Positions 26,901 through 35,802 of a DNA stretch of 64,000 bases are shown here, in pieces. The notes beneath the pieces were generated by a model. The model saw nothing but the letters and a program-made list of their open reading frames with translations, was not told where the DNA came from and searched no databases. The position numbers and the translations under genes were made by a program. The stretch's first letter is position 1. The number at the start of each line of letters is the position of its first letter. Origin of the DNA: a virus (Duplodnaviria; Caudoviricetes); IMG/VR virus record IMGVR_UViG_3300042402_003952. One strand, 5' to 3'.

Positions 26901-27053
26901 AAAACTGGAATGTATGAAAAAGCATCACTTGCACCATCACAATCCTCATCAGTTGCCTCTTTAAATAAATCTGGCATTTTAAAGGAGGATACATCCACAA
27001 TGATTTACAATAATAATGCAGTTGCTATTCTTCCAATTGAAGTTACTGCGTAA
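23985..27053 (+). CDS. tape-measure-like tail protein B with lysozyme-like and M23 peptidase domains
   Basis: LEAIS.GEG...A.GKWQ muramidase-like segment; H.GIDIG...YGHV...HLHLE M23 motifs. Confidence 0.8.
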   Translation: MATIDSRKLLPSSTKGSAIDKPKFLVPIKNISTKKISGSDLKPIDKKTETSGSLVVLKKKIIKLDSLIQNNLLIDQKERTRKRKEEERSKVEKREADLEKGVKKNNVRINLISSIPGQSILDKINRFIGFTLLGYLFNKYGELLPKLMEFGKVLKPVAEFVESFAKNLLKGVIDFVEFGYKAYDKTRDFVKQIGGEGAQKTFDEFSKQLNLLLNGAIAASMLIASSKPKPTSTGSGSFGAGYASGYAAGLSASRGGRPGAGFRDPSRYRSPGQARSGGFDLEQTRRINTQANSAAPTGPKGPLDRISRGIRGAGAQLETGTLFKRGAGLQKSLYNAPGKIKSISSKLGGFGGKIFGRIPIIGGLINFAISLALGEDPGRAAAKAVGSTAGAALGTFIPVPGVGTILGGILGDIAGGALYDTLIGNKQKPQGRAEGGQVTRGGQSTVAPSRRIKKPVRKAPPRIQPQKTQPGKDVGGKLKIEELYGKDEPGKRSALRALRKSSDDVKRMKSINGLAGSMFGAGIDMALGQKPDKNLSKNLGNIFGSVIASAVDMELNNSLGDISKTIAMANGGVVPSREIGKSLSIGERIGSFISRALAVSIESSASKILQNLRNEMNLEGGAPGTTPSDGGPGGGGGEIPGDAPPEVKAMLEAISAGEGSWDSVNPSTTVPGLSNMTIADARKAAIAKGVDQLGGSGAMGKWQQMPAFILERARDVGLDPNKDKFNPENQTKIARMLMASVYPGGESQLVKDAQRDPMSAAAKLRGTWPSLPGGSQANTKEKKFRENFAKALQSYKSPSAVLTKGSFASVLPRGNPQFTSGFGSRWGRNHQGIDIGVDANSPVTALQDGKVVAIYKNFGGHGVGIVVQHSDGTKIVYGHVNANVREGDTVKKGQTIATVKGWFNAYGNKDNTHLHLERYVGGAATDPTGYLNSLSKSQPDTRPASSPPSQVRTKLTRSNQWDPSKSGLKFNEKTGMYEKASLAPSQSSSVASLNKSGILKEDTSTMIYNNNAVAILPIEVTA

Positions 27054-27077
27054 ATAGTAATACGGTAAATAAAAATT

Positions 27078-28358
27078 ATGTCAGGAAGTAAGGAAGCAGC
27101 AACAGCAAATCTATTTGAAATAATTTCTAACTCTGGTGGATCATCTTTTGACGTAAGATCTGGTTCTCCAAGAATTGAGTACCGCGAGAGTATGATTGAT
27201 GATACGATCAGACTTTCTGTTGCGATTGTTGATACTGGACAATCTGGATTTTCTGCTGCAGAAGCATTGAAACTTCAAGGTGGAGAGAAAGTCAAATTTA
27301 AATATACTGATGGTTCTGGAAACTCTTTAGACTTTTCTAATGGAGAATGGTTGCGTTTATCTCATAAAACTTTTGAAGTTAGATCTTTCAAATCTTCTAG
27401 TTTTATAGCGCAGATTGTAGCAAAAGAATTTTTAGATAATAAACTTTCGAAAAATAATGTTTTAAGATGTTATAAAGGAAAAATATCAGAGGCTGTTGAA
27501 AGTATTTTAAAGTATGATTTAAAAACTGATAAAAATTTATATATTAGTGAAACTGTAAACACTATTTCTGATTGGGGATTAAGATTAAAACCATACGAAG
27601 TTATATTAGAACTTCAGCAAATTTCAATTCCAACGGTCAAAGGATCAAATGGAAAAACAGCAGGATTTTTCTTCTGGCAAACTGCAAAGGGATTTCATTT
27701 TAAGTCTGCTGATGAAATCTTTAATGGAAAACCAACTAAGAAATACATTTACAACTTTAAAGTAGACGATCAAATGCCAGTAGGTTATACTAATAAACTA
27801 TTAGATTTCAAAGCAAAAAGAGTTATTGATGTGGAAAAGCAACTTGATTATGGTACATATAGTACTGTTTCTGAATCTTTTAATCCAGCATCTCAAGAAT
27901 ATAAAAAAGATTCTCCTTTGGTCGCTGATGTTGATTCTAAAATTTGGTCAGGAAAAGAACCACCAAATTATGGCGAATATTTTCAAAAACCATCTTCATA
28001 TTTTGCAATGCCTGAATCAATAGGAAATGCATATGTAAATCCATCTGAAATAAATAACTTGCTTGAAAAATCAAAAGATCAAAACTTTAATGTAATGCAA
28101 ACAATTCCGCAGGCAACGCAGAATTATAGGCAAAGATTGAACTTTATGTATGAGGCTATAATACCGGGAGACTTTAGTTTGCACGCAGGTGATATTATTC
28201 AGTGTGATGTTCCTGAATTGTCTGATAAAACTACGCCAGTAAGAAGTCCCAAAGATAGTGGTATATATATGATATTAGAGTTATGTCATTACATATCTCC
28301 AACACAAACTTACACTGGATTAGTTTTAGTTAAAGATTCTTTTGGTGTAAAAGTTTAA
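27078..28358 (+). CDS. baseplate hub protein (gp27-like)
   Basis: IEYRESM, FFFWQT..GFHFKS, IPGDFSLHAGD...SG.Y.I..LCH motifs; synteny. Confidence 0.6.
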   Translation: MSGSKEAATANLFEIISNSGGSSFDVRSGSPRIEYRESMIDDTIRLSVAIVDTGQSGFSAAEALKLQGGEKVKFKYTDGSGNSLDFSNGEWLRLSHKTFEVRSFKSSSFIAQIVAKEFLDNKLSKNNVLRCYKGKISEAVESILKYDLKTDKNLYISETVNTISDWGLRLKPYEVILELQQISIPTVKGSNGKTAGFFFWQTAKGFHFKSADEIFNGKPTKKYIYNFKVDDQMPVGYTNKLLDFKAKRVIDVEKQLDYGTYSTVSESFNPASQEYKKDSPLVADVDSKIWSGKEPPNYGEYFQKPSSYFAMPESIGNAYVNPSEINNLLEKSKDQNFNVMQTIPQATQNYRQRLNFMYEAIIPGDFSLHAGDIIQCDVPELSDKTTPVRSPKDSGIYMILELCHYISPTQTYTGLVLVKDSFGVKV

Positions 28359-28369
28359 GGTAAACAACT

Positions 28370-28585
28370 ATGGAAAAATCACTCCAGCAACACATTAATG
28401 ACGATCGTGATGAACTTGATAATCCAAATACAGGTAGTCAGCGCCGCCGTCATTTAGAAGATGAACTTGGTGCATTAGAGCAATATCAAGTAAATCATCC
28501 AGACGATGATCACGATCCGACATCATTAGAACTATATTGCGATACGCATCCAGATGCTCTTGAATGTAGAGTCTACGAAGATTAA
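28370..28585 (+). CDS. cp12: Calvin cycle inhibitor CP12
   Basis: C-terminal LELYCDTHPDALECRVYED CP12 signature. Confidence 0.9.
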   Translation: MEKSLQQHINDDRDELDNPNTGSQRRRHLEDELGALEQYQVNHPDDDHDPTSLELYCDTHPDALECRVYED

Positions 28586-28587
28586 TA

Positions 28588-30915
28588 ATGACAAATTATT
28601 TGTATGAAAATTATAGTTCCCAATCAATATTCATTGGTATTGGACAAATATCGGAAAAAACTTACAAAGATTTTGTTCCGAAAAACCAAGGGGATGAAAA
28701 GGGTAAGGAACCTAAAGGATGGTCTTCAAGATATCCAGTCCGTCTTTGTTTTAGGATGGATCCAAAAGAAAAAGATGAATTAGTTGCTTTATATGAAGGA
28801 TCTTTTCCTTCGGGTCATGCTGGCATACAAATTTCGTTTCCACTTGCACCGAATACTTTTGTAAATGTTTTTTGTAAAGCTTATAATGATCCAGCTGGAC
28901 AACTTAAACCAATTCCTGGAGCATATTTCATTGGAAGTGTAATTGGAAATACTCTATGTGCATTTTCTGATAGTAAAAATGCAGCTGAAGGGTGTGCTCC
29001 AAAATCTGGATTTATACCTGGCATTGGAGCACTTGGTTCGGTTCCTGCAAGTCACATATCAAAGGATGGTAAAGTAGCAAATGAAGCAGGTGCAGGAGCA
29101 CCTTGTAAAATATCTCAGGCAGATGAAGATCTTCAGAAGTTAAATGAATATATTAATGTTCCGTCTGCTTGTAAACCATTTGATTCAAATGCAATTAATA
29201 ATTCTCTAAAGAATTTAAAGAAAGATATTGAAGGTTTAAGGAGTCAATTAAGTGGTCCTAATAGTGCTCTTTCAAATGCAGAGAATTTTTTAAATCAAGC
29301 AAAAGAAAAAATAAGTGGAGTTGCTGATAAGATAACTGGATTTGTGAAATGGTTAATTAATTTTATTAAAGAAAAGGTGCAGAGAGGCGTAAACTTCATC
29401 ACGAATAAAGCAAAAGCCGCATTATATCTGAATCAAAGATTTCAACTACAAGAAAAAAAATCTACTGCACTTGATCTAATTCTTTGTTTGTTTAATAAAA
29501 TACTGGATAATTTGAGTGGATTGGTAGATCAATTTTTAAACTCTATTATTAATCGTTATGTAAATATGGCAACCTGTGCCGTTGAAAAATTTCTTACAGA
29601 GTTGGTTGGACAAATCATCGGACAAATATTATCTGCAGTAAATGGAATTCTAAATGCTGTTTTAGGAACGATTGCTGGAATCAAAGGATTGATCGATTCT
29701 GTTCTTGATGCAATTAGTTCCTTACTTGATTTTCTATCTTGTGATGTAAAAGCAGAATGTCCTGATGTCACTGAATGGAACTTTATTGAAGGTGCTGCTC
29801 CTCCAGCTAAAATTCTAGATGTGAGTGGTATTATTAATTCAGCAAAGTCAATTATTTCCTCTGCAAAATCTATTGCAGATCCAAATAATTTCAAATTCAG
29901 TCTAGACATCAATTCAATGATTGCTGGCGTTGGTGATTCTTGTAATGTCGGTCCTATTTTATGTGGTCCTCCAAAGATTTCTTTCTGGGGAGGCGGCGGA
30001 TCAGGTGCAACTGGAAACGCAGTTGTCAGTGCCGCAGGTGATATTCTTGGAATTGATATTACTTCAACGGGATTTGGATATACTAAAGCACCATTTGTAA
30101 CTATTGAGGATGCTTGTGGTAAAGGTAAAGGAGCACAAGCGGTTGCTGTCATAGGAAAGGTTCCTTATGTTCCACCTCCAGGAACTAGCACAGGTACTGC
30201 AACTGGTACTGCAACTGGTACTGGAACTGGTGGTGGAACTGGTACAGGCACTGGAACTGGAATTGGTCCAAAACCAGGAGATCTTGTGGATGGAATATCT
30301 AAAATTATTGTACTTGATAGTGGTGGTGGATACTTATCTACTCCTGATGGAAGTCAAGGTGGTGATGGAAGAACTTGGGCTGATAGATGCCAATCCACCA
30401 TTAGAAGAGCAGATGGAAATTGGGATTATCCATACAGTCCTGGTGAAGTTATGGACATTAAGGTTGGAGATCTTGTTCAACTTGCTGGAGAATCATCTTT
30501 CGTTGCCATTCAAGATGAAACAACGACAGCACCTCAGTGTCCACCAGAATCTCAACAAGGACAATATCCTTCAAACTCCGATGGAACTTATCCAGTAATT
30601 GTAGAGTTGATTGATACTGAAATCGTAGATCCTGGATTTAACTATCAGGACGGAGATAAGATCGTGATTACTCCAGATAATGGAGCAATATTAACTCCGA
30701 AGTTTGGATACAATGGACAGTTGATTGGTATTACTGTTGATAGAACTGGTCTTGGATTTAATGAGAACCCAGAAATTGGTATAGATAGTAATACTGGATA
30801 TAATGCAGTTATTAAGCCAGTGTTTAGAACAATAAAAGACCCCAAACTAATTACGGACAGAGATTCTGCAACATCTGTCTTACAAGTTGTTGATTGTGTT
30901 GGTAAACCATTATGA
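28588..30915 (+). CDS. baseplate hub/spike protein (gp5-like)
   Basis: Divergent N-terminal OB-like region (GW..RY.VR), coiled coil, CGPP...GGGG.GA module; synteny. Confidence 0.65.
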   Translation: MTNYLYENYSSQSIFIGIGQISEKTYKDFVPKNQGDEKGKEPKGWSSRYPVRLCFRMDPKEKDELVALYEGSFPSGHAGIQISFPLAPNTFVNVFCKAYNDPAGQLKPIPGAYFIGSVIGNTLCAFSDSKNAAEGCAPKSGFIPGIGALGSVPASHISKDGKVANEAGAGAPCKISQADEDLQKLNEYINVPSACKPFDSNAINNSLKNLKKDIEGLRSQLSGPNSALSNAENFLNQAKEKISGVADKITGFVKWLINFIKEKVQRGVNFITNKAKAALYLNQRFQLQEKKSTALDLILCLFNKILDNLSGLVDQFLNSIINRYVNMATCAVEKFLTELVGQIIGQILSAVNGILNAVLGTIAGIKGLIDSVLDAISSLLDFLSCDVKAECPDVTEWNFIEGAAPPAKILDVSGIINSAKSIISSAKSIADPNNFKFSLDINSMIAGVGDSCNVGPILCGPPKISFWGGGGSGATGNAVVSAAGDILGIDITSTGFGYTKAPFVTIEDACGKGKGAQAVAVIGKVPYVPPPGTSTGTATGTATGTGTGGGTGTGTGTGIGPKPGDLVDGISKIIVLDSGGGYLSTPDGSQGGDGRTWADRCQSTIRRADGNWDYPYSPGEVMDIKVGDLVQLAGESSFVAIQDETTTAPQCPPESQQGQYPSNSDGTYPVIVELIDTEIVDPGFNYQDGDKIVITPDNGAILTPKFGYNGQLIGITVDRTGLGFNENPEIGIDSNTGYNAVIKPVFRTIKDPKLITDRDSATSVLQVVDCVGKPL
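30181..30267 (+). repeat. Gly/Thr low-complexity linker (GTSTGTATGTATGTGTGGG...)
   Basis: Imperfect GGAACT/GGTACT tandem hexamers. Confidence 0.8.
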
Positions 30916-31526
30916 GTGATAATTTAAAAACTAGTTGGGATTATTCTCGCCTTGGTACAACTCAAGGCGAATTGAAGTTTGGTGATATTTCTTTAAATAA
31001 AACTAGTCTTGCTGCAATTCTCCGAAATAATAATCCAGGAAAAGCATCTGATCATTTTATGGGATTTGCCAGTTCTGGTAAATTCAATGGATCTACTTGG
31101 AATCAGTGTCCTTCAACATATCAAATTATTTGTGGAGATACTCCTGTTAATGGAGTTGCATTTGTAACTTATGCAAAGAATGGTGATGTTATTATTGGTG
31201 CTCCAAGTGGAAGAATCCGAATGTTTGCAAAGGATATTGATTTAATTGCAAGCGGAACCGATAATAAAACTGGATATGTTAATATTGTAACTAATCAAAA
31301 TATAGAATTAAATGCTGGAGCAGATATTAATGTCCAATCAAAAGCAAATATTAATATTGCTGCAGAAAAACAAGTTCAGGTTACATCTCCTGGAAACTTA
31401 AAAATCAGAGGTCCTGGAAATTGGTTGGAAGATTGCGACTTTGTATTTGGACCTATTAGCGGCGCAGTAACCCCACTGCAGTTTTTAGATGGTTTGAAGA
31501 AATTAATTGGTAGTTTAGGAGGATAA
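30912..31526 (+). CDS. gp5 C-terminal-like beta-helix protein
   Basis: Regularly spaced beta-strand repeats (NGDVII.APSGRI...DI.L.A); ATGA coupling. Confidence 0.55.
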   Translation: MSDNLKTSWDYSRLGTTQGELKFGDISLNKTSLAAILRNNNPGKASDHFMGFASSGKFNGSTWNQCPSTYQIICGDTPVNGVAFVTYAKNGDVIIGAPSGRIRMFAKDIDLIASGTDNKTGYVNIVTNQNIELNAGADINVQSKANINIAAEKQVQVTSPGNLKIRGPGNWLEDCDFVFGPISGAVTPLQFLDGLKKLIGSLGG

Positions 31527-31527
31527 T

Positions 31528-32556
31528 ATGCCTGATTTAGGAAATCTTTTAGTAGGTGGTCAATTTCAAGTAACAGCAGGTCTTCCTGGTGGTGTTCCTG
31601 GACCACCTGCAACTGCGTTAGGTGGCGGAGCAGGCACTCCTCCTGTAAACGGTAGTGCTTGGATTGAAGGTCCAATGTTGATTGGATCACCCATCTCATA
31701 TCCATTACCAAGACCAGCAGCAACTTTGATGATTGGTAGAACTAAAAACTACCTGGCACCAGAGACATCTGGTTTACCTATCATAATGGTTACGAGTAGA
31801 GGATTTGCACCTACTCCAACGGACTTGTTGATTGGAGATCCAAGTGGACCTGTTGGATTGACTGCAACTCTTGCACCTAAAGTTACTATTAATGTTCTTG
31901 GTAAGACGACTTATACCGCAGTTAAAACAACTGGACTTGGAATTTTGTCTTGGGCTGGTAAAAAAATTACAATTGCAGCAAAAACATCTGTTACAGGAAA
32001 AACAACAGTTGGACCAAAGTTGACTGTTGCTGGTGTACTAAATGTCACTGGTGTAATTAAAAGTCCTACGATTGATTCACTCAAAGCAAAGATAGCAACT
32101 AAAAAAAGTAAACCATTTGATATGGAACACCCAAATAAAAAAGGGTGGAGATTACGTCACGTTTGCATAGAAGGACCAGAAATTGCTGTTTATTGTAGAG
32201 GTAAAGTTCCTGAAGATGGTGTTATCAATCTTCCATCTTTTTGGGATGGTCTTGTAAATATTGAGGATATGTCCATCAGTTTGACACCTATTGGATGTTG
32301 GCAAGAACTCTTTGTTAAAGAAGTACTCTGGGGAAAGCAAGTTATTGTTCGCAATAATGCAGGTGGTCCTATTAATGCAGATTATTATATTGTAGCCCGC
32401 CGTCTTGATGATGATTTGGTAGTTGAATATGAAGGAGAATCATATCAAGACTATCCAGGTGGTAATGAAGGATATTCCTTTGATTTTGAGAGTAATTATG
32501 TTGAGAGCTTAATCAAAGAGACAGTTCGCAATCATATTGATAATAACTTGCAGTAA
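31528..32556 (+). CDS. tail/baseplate structural protein with C-terminal HP..G.RLRH.CIEGPE domain
   Basis: ORF track; motif typical of cyanophage virion proteins. Confidence 0.65.
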   Translation: MPDLGNLLVGGQFQVTAGLPGGVPGPPATALGGGAGTPPVNGSAWIEGPMLIGSPISYPLPRPAATLMIGRTKNYLAPETSGLPIIMVTSRGFAPTPTDLLIGDPSGPVGLTATLAPKVTINVLGKTTYTAVKTTGLGILSWAGKKITIAAKTSVTGKTTVGPKLTVAGVLNVTGVIKSPTIDSLKAKIATKKSKPFDMEHPNKKGWRLRHVCIEGPEIAVYCRGKVPEDGVINLPSFWDGLVNIEDMSISLTPIGCWQELFVKEVLWGKQVIVRNNAGGPINADYYIVARRLDDDLVVEYEGESYQDYPGGNEGYSFDFESNYVESLIKETVRNHIDNNLQ

Positions 32557-32582
32557 AATAAATATTCAAAAGTATTTTAAAG

Positions 32583-33941
32583 ATGGATCCGAGATATTAT
32601 AGTGTTCTTAATGATGATTTGAGAACAAAATTAGAGCAATCAAATTCTTCAATTGAAGATTCTTCGGAAACAATTATAGAATTGGATGGCAAAAAGGCAC
32701 CATATGATGATATTATTATTTCTTTAGATAATGATATTTTAACTGAAGTAAATTCTGTTAATACCAAAATTATTGATGTAAGTAATGCTTATCAAGACCG
32801 AATTAATGTAGGTTGTAGGACAGATGTATTTTGGAGAAGAGTTGGTCTTGCAGGAACGGTTCATACTTTAGTTGCAACAAAACTTTCTCTTGCTGGATAT
32901 GCAGGAACTTTAACTGATGTTGAGTATTTTGATGGTGTTGGGTTTGTAACATATGATAATTATGATACATTTGGATATACGACAGAGAATGCATATGGAA
33001 TTAAATATTATGATGAACCAGTAACACAGGATATCGGTAATACGTTTGTTACTAGTTTTATTGGAACAATCAGTCCAGGAGAAAATAAACTTACGGTTCT
33101 TTCTGTTGTTGGATCTTCATCAACAACTGGAATTGCAACAGGACAACTAGTAATTTCTTCAAAAGATGGAGTTATTCCTTCTTCATCAAATATTATTGGA
33201 ATAGGGACGACAGCATTATCAAGATCTGTTTTAGGAATTTCGACTGGCTCTATTGTTAGTATTTTGACATTAGATGCAACAGCAACTGGTATTGCATCCG
33301 CACCAGAATCTAATGGATCTTTTGTAACTTTTACAGTCTTAACTTCCATAACTGAATTTGGGTTTGACGATTATGAAATTCAATCTGATAAAGATCCATA
33401 TTCACCACAAACGATTGGTATTATGACCTCGGGTAATATTGCTATCGGTGTTTCTGTAAAATATGATAATTCTGGCAATGAACCAAATGTGATTTCTTGG
33501 GACCCTGATTTATTTGATGATGAAGATCCGAGTACATTTGAACCAGAAGTTGGTGCAGGAGTTTATTACTTACCAGTCGGATTTACTTCATATCCAGTTT
33601 CATTGAGTGGACAAAGAGTTGCTGTTGGTTTTGCAACAACAGTCACAGATGCACAATTACCTACTATTCTAACTCTCGCCACATCTTGCCCAACAGAGGA
33701 AACAAACTTGACAAATGCTATTAACACACTAAATACTGCAAAGTCTGACATCTCTTCTGGTATTAGCACATTAAATTATAAAATTGATGTTGCTAATACT
33801 TTTAGAGAGCAGAGAAAAGAAATTCAATCTGAAATTTGGGGACTATCACAACAGATCGCATCATATCGTGCTGATATTATCACTTATAATAAAGCACTTA
33901 ATTATCTTGGAGTATCAACCGTCACGGATACAGTACTATGA
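32583..33941 (+). CDS. virion structural protein
   Basis: Long ORF after a TAAATA late motif; coiled-coil ends. Confidence 0.65.
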   Translation: MDPRYYSVLNDDLRTKLEQSNSSIEDSSETIIELDGKKAPYDDIIISLDNDILTEVNSVNTKIIDVSNAYQDRINVGCRTDVFWRRVGLAGTVHTLVATKLSLAGYAGTLTDVEYFDGVGFVTYDNYDTFGYTTENAYGIKYYDEPVTQDIGNTFVTSFIGTISPGENKLTVLSVVGSSSTTGIATGQLVISSKDGVIPSSSNIIGIGTTALSRSVLGISTGSIVSILTLDATATGIASAPESNGSFVTFTVLTSITEFGFDDYEIQSDKDPYSPQTIGIMTSGNIAIGVSVKYDNSGNEPNVISWDPDLFDDEDPSTFEPEVGAGVYYLPVGFTSYPVSLSGQRVAVGFATTVTDAQLPTILTLATSCPTEETNLTNAINTLNTAKSDISSGISTLNYKIDVANTFREQRKEIQSEIWGLSQQIASYRADIITYNKALNYLGVSTVTDTVL

Positions 33942-34270
33942 AAATTCAACATCCACTAGATAAAAATTATACACTTAATTATGTCTCACCTTTTGGAGAT
34001 AAAAATTTAGTCTTCACTCAAGGAAGACTTACGAATCAAAAATACATTCAACTGCCTGAAGAATGGGAGAAAATCGTTGATCTTCATCATGTATCAGTTC
34101 ATCTAACACCAATTCGTGCCAATCAAAATTTATTTGTAAAAAGAATTGAAGGAACTAAAGTTCTTGTAGAGTCAAATGGTATGCCAATTGACTGCTATTA
34201 CCTGGTGTTTGGTGAAAGAATTGATATTCCTCGCCTGGACACGGCACAGACACTTGACAGCGGCACCTGA
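33938..34270 (+). CDS. stand-alone paralog of the C-terminal domain of 31528..32556
   Basis: Shared HP, I.LP..W, LTPI, LFVK, I...YY...R pattern. Confidence 0.65.
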   Translation: MKIQHPLDKNYTLNYVSPFGDKNLVFTQGRLTNQKYIQLPEEWEKIVDLHHVSVHLTPIRANQNLFVKRIEGTKVLVESNGMPIDCYYLVFGERIDIPRLDTAQTLDSGT

Positions 34271-34282
34271 CCGTGCTACTAT
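34254..34282 (+). promoter_or_regulatory. sigma70-type promoter for the tRNA region
   Basis: TTGACA-17-TACTAT. Confidence 0.75.
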
Positions 34283-34307
34283 ACATAGGTAATCAACGGA
34301 CGACCGA

Positions 34308-34490
34308 ATGAAAGACGAGTACCTGACACGATGCGTAGTTGATCCCGTAAAGCGTACAGTGTATCTGTATTCTAATGAAGGATCAGAGAAAGAAGTGTCC
34401 TGTGAAACCGTAGAGGAGTTTATGAGTGTGCTAGACTTTGTTCGTAATACACTTGATGAAAGCACTCTGTCTTATGCAAGTCCACTCTGA
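34308..34490 (+). CDS. hypothetical protein (60 aa)
   Basis: ORF track; follows the promoter. Confidence 0.7.
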   Translation: MKDEYLTRCVVDPVKRTVYLYSNEGSEKEVSCETVEEFMSVLDFVRNTLDESTLSYASPL

Positions 34491-34567
34491 AACCAAAATC
34501 GACCTTTAATTCCATTTAGGTCGAAAAAAATCTCCCGGTAAAATTCTCACACGATACTTTTTTCAAA

Positions 34568-34774
34568 ATGAATCCTTATCGCATTAACTATAAAGCACTG
34601 AAACAAGAACCAGTGAAAACAACACCAGAGAATGTGAAGGAGGCAAATGAAAACCTGTTTTGTGCTCGTTGGAATTTGCCAACTGCTGCAAAGCACTGTG
34701 GAATGAGTGAAAAGGAAATGCGCTTGACATTCTTTGAGTATCTGAAGTATAATGATGTAACTTACAAAGTGTAA
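34568..34774 (+). CDS. hypothetical protein, possible HTH (WNLPTAAKHCGMS)
   Basis: ORF track. Confidence 0.65.
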   Translation: MNPYRINYKALKQEPVKTTPENVKEANENLFCARWNLPTAAKHCGMSEKEMRLTFFEYLKYNDVTYKV

Positions 34775-34782
34775 GTTTTTAT

Positions 34783-35064
34783 GGCGGTCTAGCCCAGCGG
34801 AAGAGGCAAACGACTTTAACAATTTGAGCACCACAGTTGGAAACTCTGTGCGTGAATCCTATCAAATTCGGGGAAACCTGTGAAATGGCAATCCCGAGCC
34901 AAGCAAGAGAAATCTTGAAGGTGTAGAGAGCAGTAGGTAGGAACCTAAATCCTTATGGATATGGTTAAGGGGTGCTCCAGACCACAAACAATCTTATGGT
35001 TGGTAGTGAAAACTATAGTGGTAAGAAAATCGTTCAAGGGTGGGTTCGAATCCCACGACCGCTA
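34783..35064 (+). tRNA. trnL: tRNA-Leu(UAA), exons 34783-34816 and 35026-35064
   Basis: Acceptor GGCGGTC/GACCGCT, anticodon stem AACGA/TCGTT, spliced loop CT T^AA AA, T arm GTGGG TTCGAAT CCCAC, discriminator A. Confidence 0.85.
34817..35025 (+). mobile_element. group I intron (trnL-UAA-like) in the anticodon
   Basis: 5' TAACAATTTGAG; AAATTCGGGGAAACC; GGCAATCCCGAGCCAAG; P3 TCCTATC/GGTAGGA; P7 GAGCA/TGCTC; P9 TAGT-GAAA-ACTA; terminal G. Confidence 0.88.
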
Positions 35065-35106
35065 TGAGGTTTATCCTCTAAATAAACAAAAGTAAAGGAC
35101 TATTCT

Positions 35107-35376
35107 ATGAAATACAGAATAGATGCCAGATACGTTTGGTACAATCGTGGGACTCAAATTATTCTCCTGTATTTTGTAAATCAAATTCCTTTTACTTTTG
35201 ATGAACTCGACGACGAATCTTTATTCGACTTGGAGTTAATCAAATTAGCAGACAACGAAAGACGCTTTGAACCAGAGGATTTGTACCAATCTTCCTATTA
35301 TCTTATGTTAGAAGAATGTCATCCTTTGCTTTATGAGTTAGATCTGGAAAATCCAGAAATGTTGCCTGTTGATTAA
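35107..35376 (+). CDS. hypothetical protein (89 aa) between the tRNAs
   Basis: ORF track; AAGGA SD. Confidence 0.7.
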   Translation: MKYRIDARYVWYNRGTQIILLYFVNQIPFTFDELDDESLFDLELIKLADNERRFEPEDLYQSSYYLMLEECHPLLYELDLENPEMLPVD

Positions 35377-35381
35377 TTTTT

Positions 35382-35454
35382 GCTCCTAAAGCATTTAGTG
35401 GCGATGTACCTGACTTGTAATCAGGAGAGGATGGTTCAATTCCGTCTGGGAGCT
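35382..35454 (+). tRNA. trnT: tRNA-Thr(UGU)
   Basis: GCTCCTA/TGGGAGC acceptor, CCTGA-CTTGTAA-TCAGG anticodon arm, GATGG-TTCAATT-CCGTC T arm. Confidence 0.9.
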
Positions 35455-35474
35455 TGAGTTCTATAAAACTCCAA

Positions 35475-35645
35475 ATGTCATTAATTTCACAAAAAGACAG
35501 AAAAGTTGCTGTTGAAGCACTTGATTTTTACCTATTCAATAAGGGCACAGACTTTTCTCAAGAGAAAAGAATGGAAGTAAATGCTCTCCTTAATTGGATC
35601 AAATTAGAGATTGCTAAAAATGAAGATATCAATCTGGTACTGTGA
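35475..35645 (+). CDS. hypothetical protein
   Basis: ATG 35475 chosen; the track's TTG start overlaps the tRNA end. Confidence 0.65.
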   Translation: MSLISQKDRKVAVEALDFYLFNKGTDFSQEKRMEVNALLNWIKLEIAKNEDINLVL

Positions 35646-35793
35646 GTCTATGAATCAATGGAGGTGGACCCTCTGTGACTCCTCACGTCCTATTCGTAGG
35701 CAAGAATCTGGTCAAAGACCATTTATCCGTGATGCTATGGAAGACATTGCAAACACTATAGAATATATGTTAGAATGCAAACAAAGTGAGTAA
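35620..35793 (+). CDS. hypothetical protein (MKISIWYCESMNQWRWTL...)
   Basis: ORF track; internal ATG. Confidence 0.65.
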   Translation: MKISIWYCESMNQWRWTLCDSSRPIRRQESGQRPFIRDAMEDIANTIEYMLECKQSE

Positions 35794-35802
35794 AAATACT
35801 CA

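Noticed and set aside
29556-30152. Long antisense ORF (198 aa) and similar shadow ORFs in psbD, gnd, gp32 and fibre genes
   Set aside because: They mirror strongly biased sense-strand codons and have no start signals or recognisable motifs.
33721-33731. TTAACACACTA resembling the right arm of the recombinase site
   Set aside because: A half-site only, inside coding sequence, with no matching left arm.
34809-34820. Ochre-suppressor tRNA (anticodon TTA)
   Set aside because: An artefact of reading into the intron. Splicing after CTT gives a 7-nt loop with UAA, and TAA is used normally as a stop.
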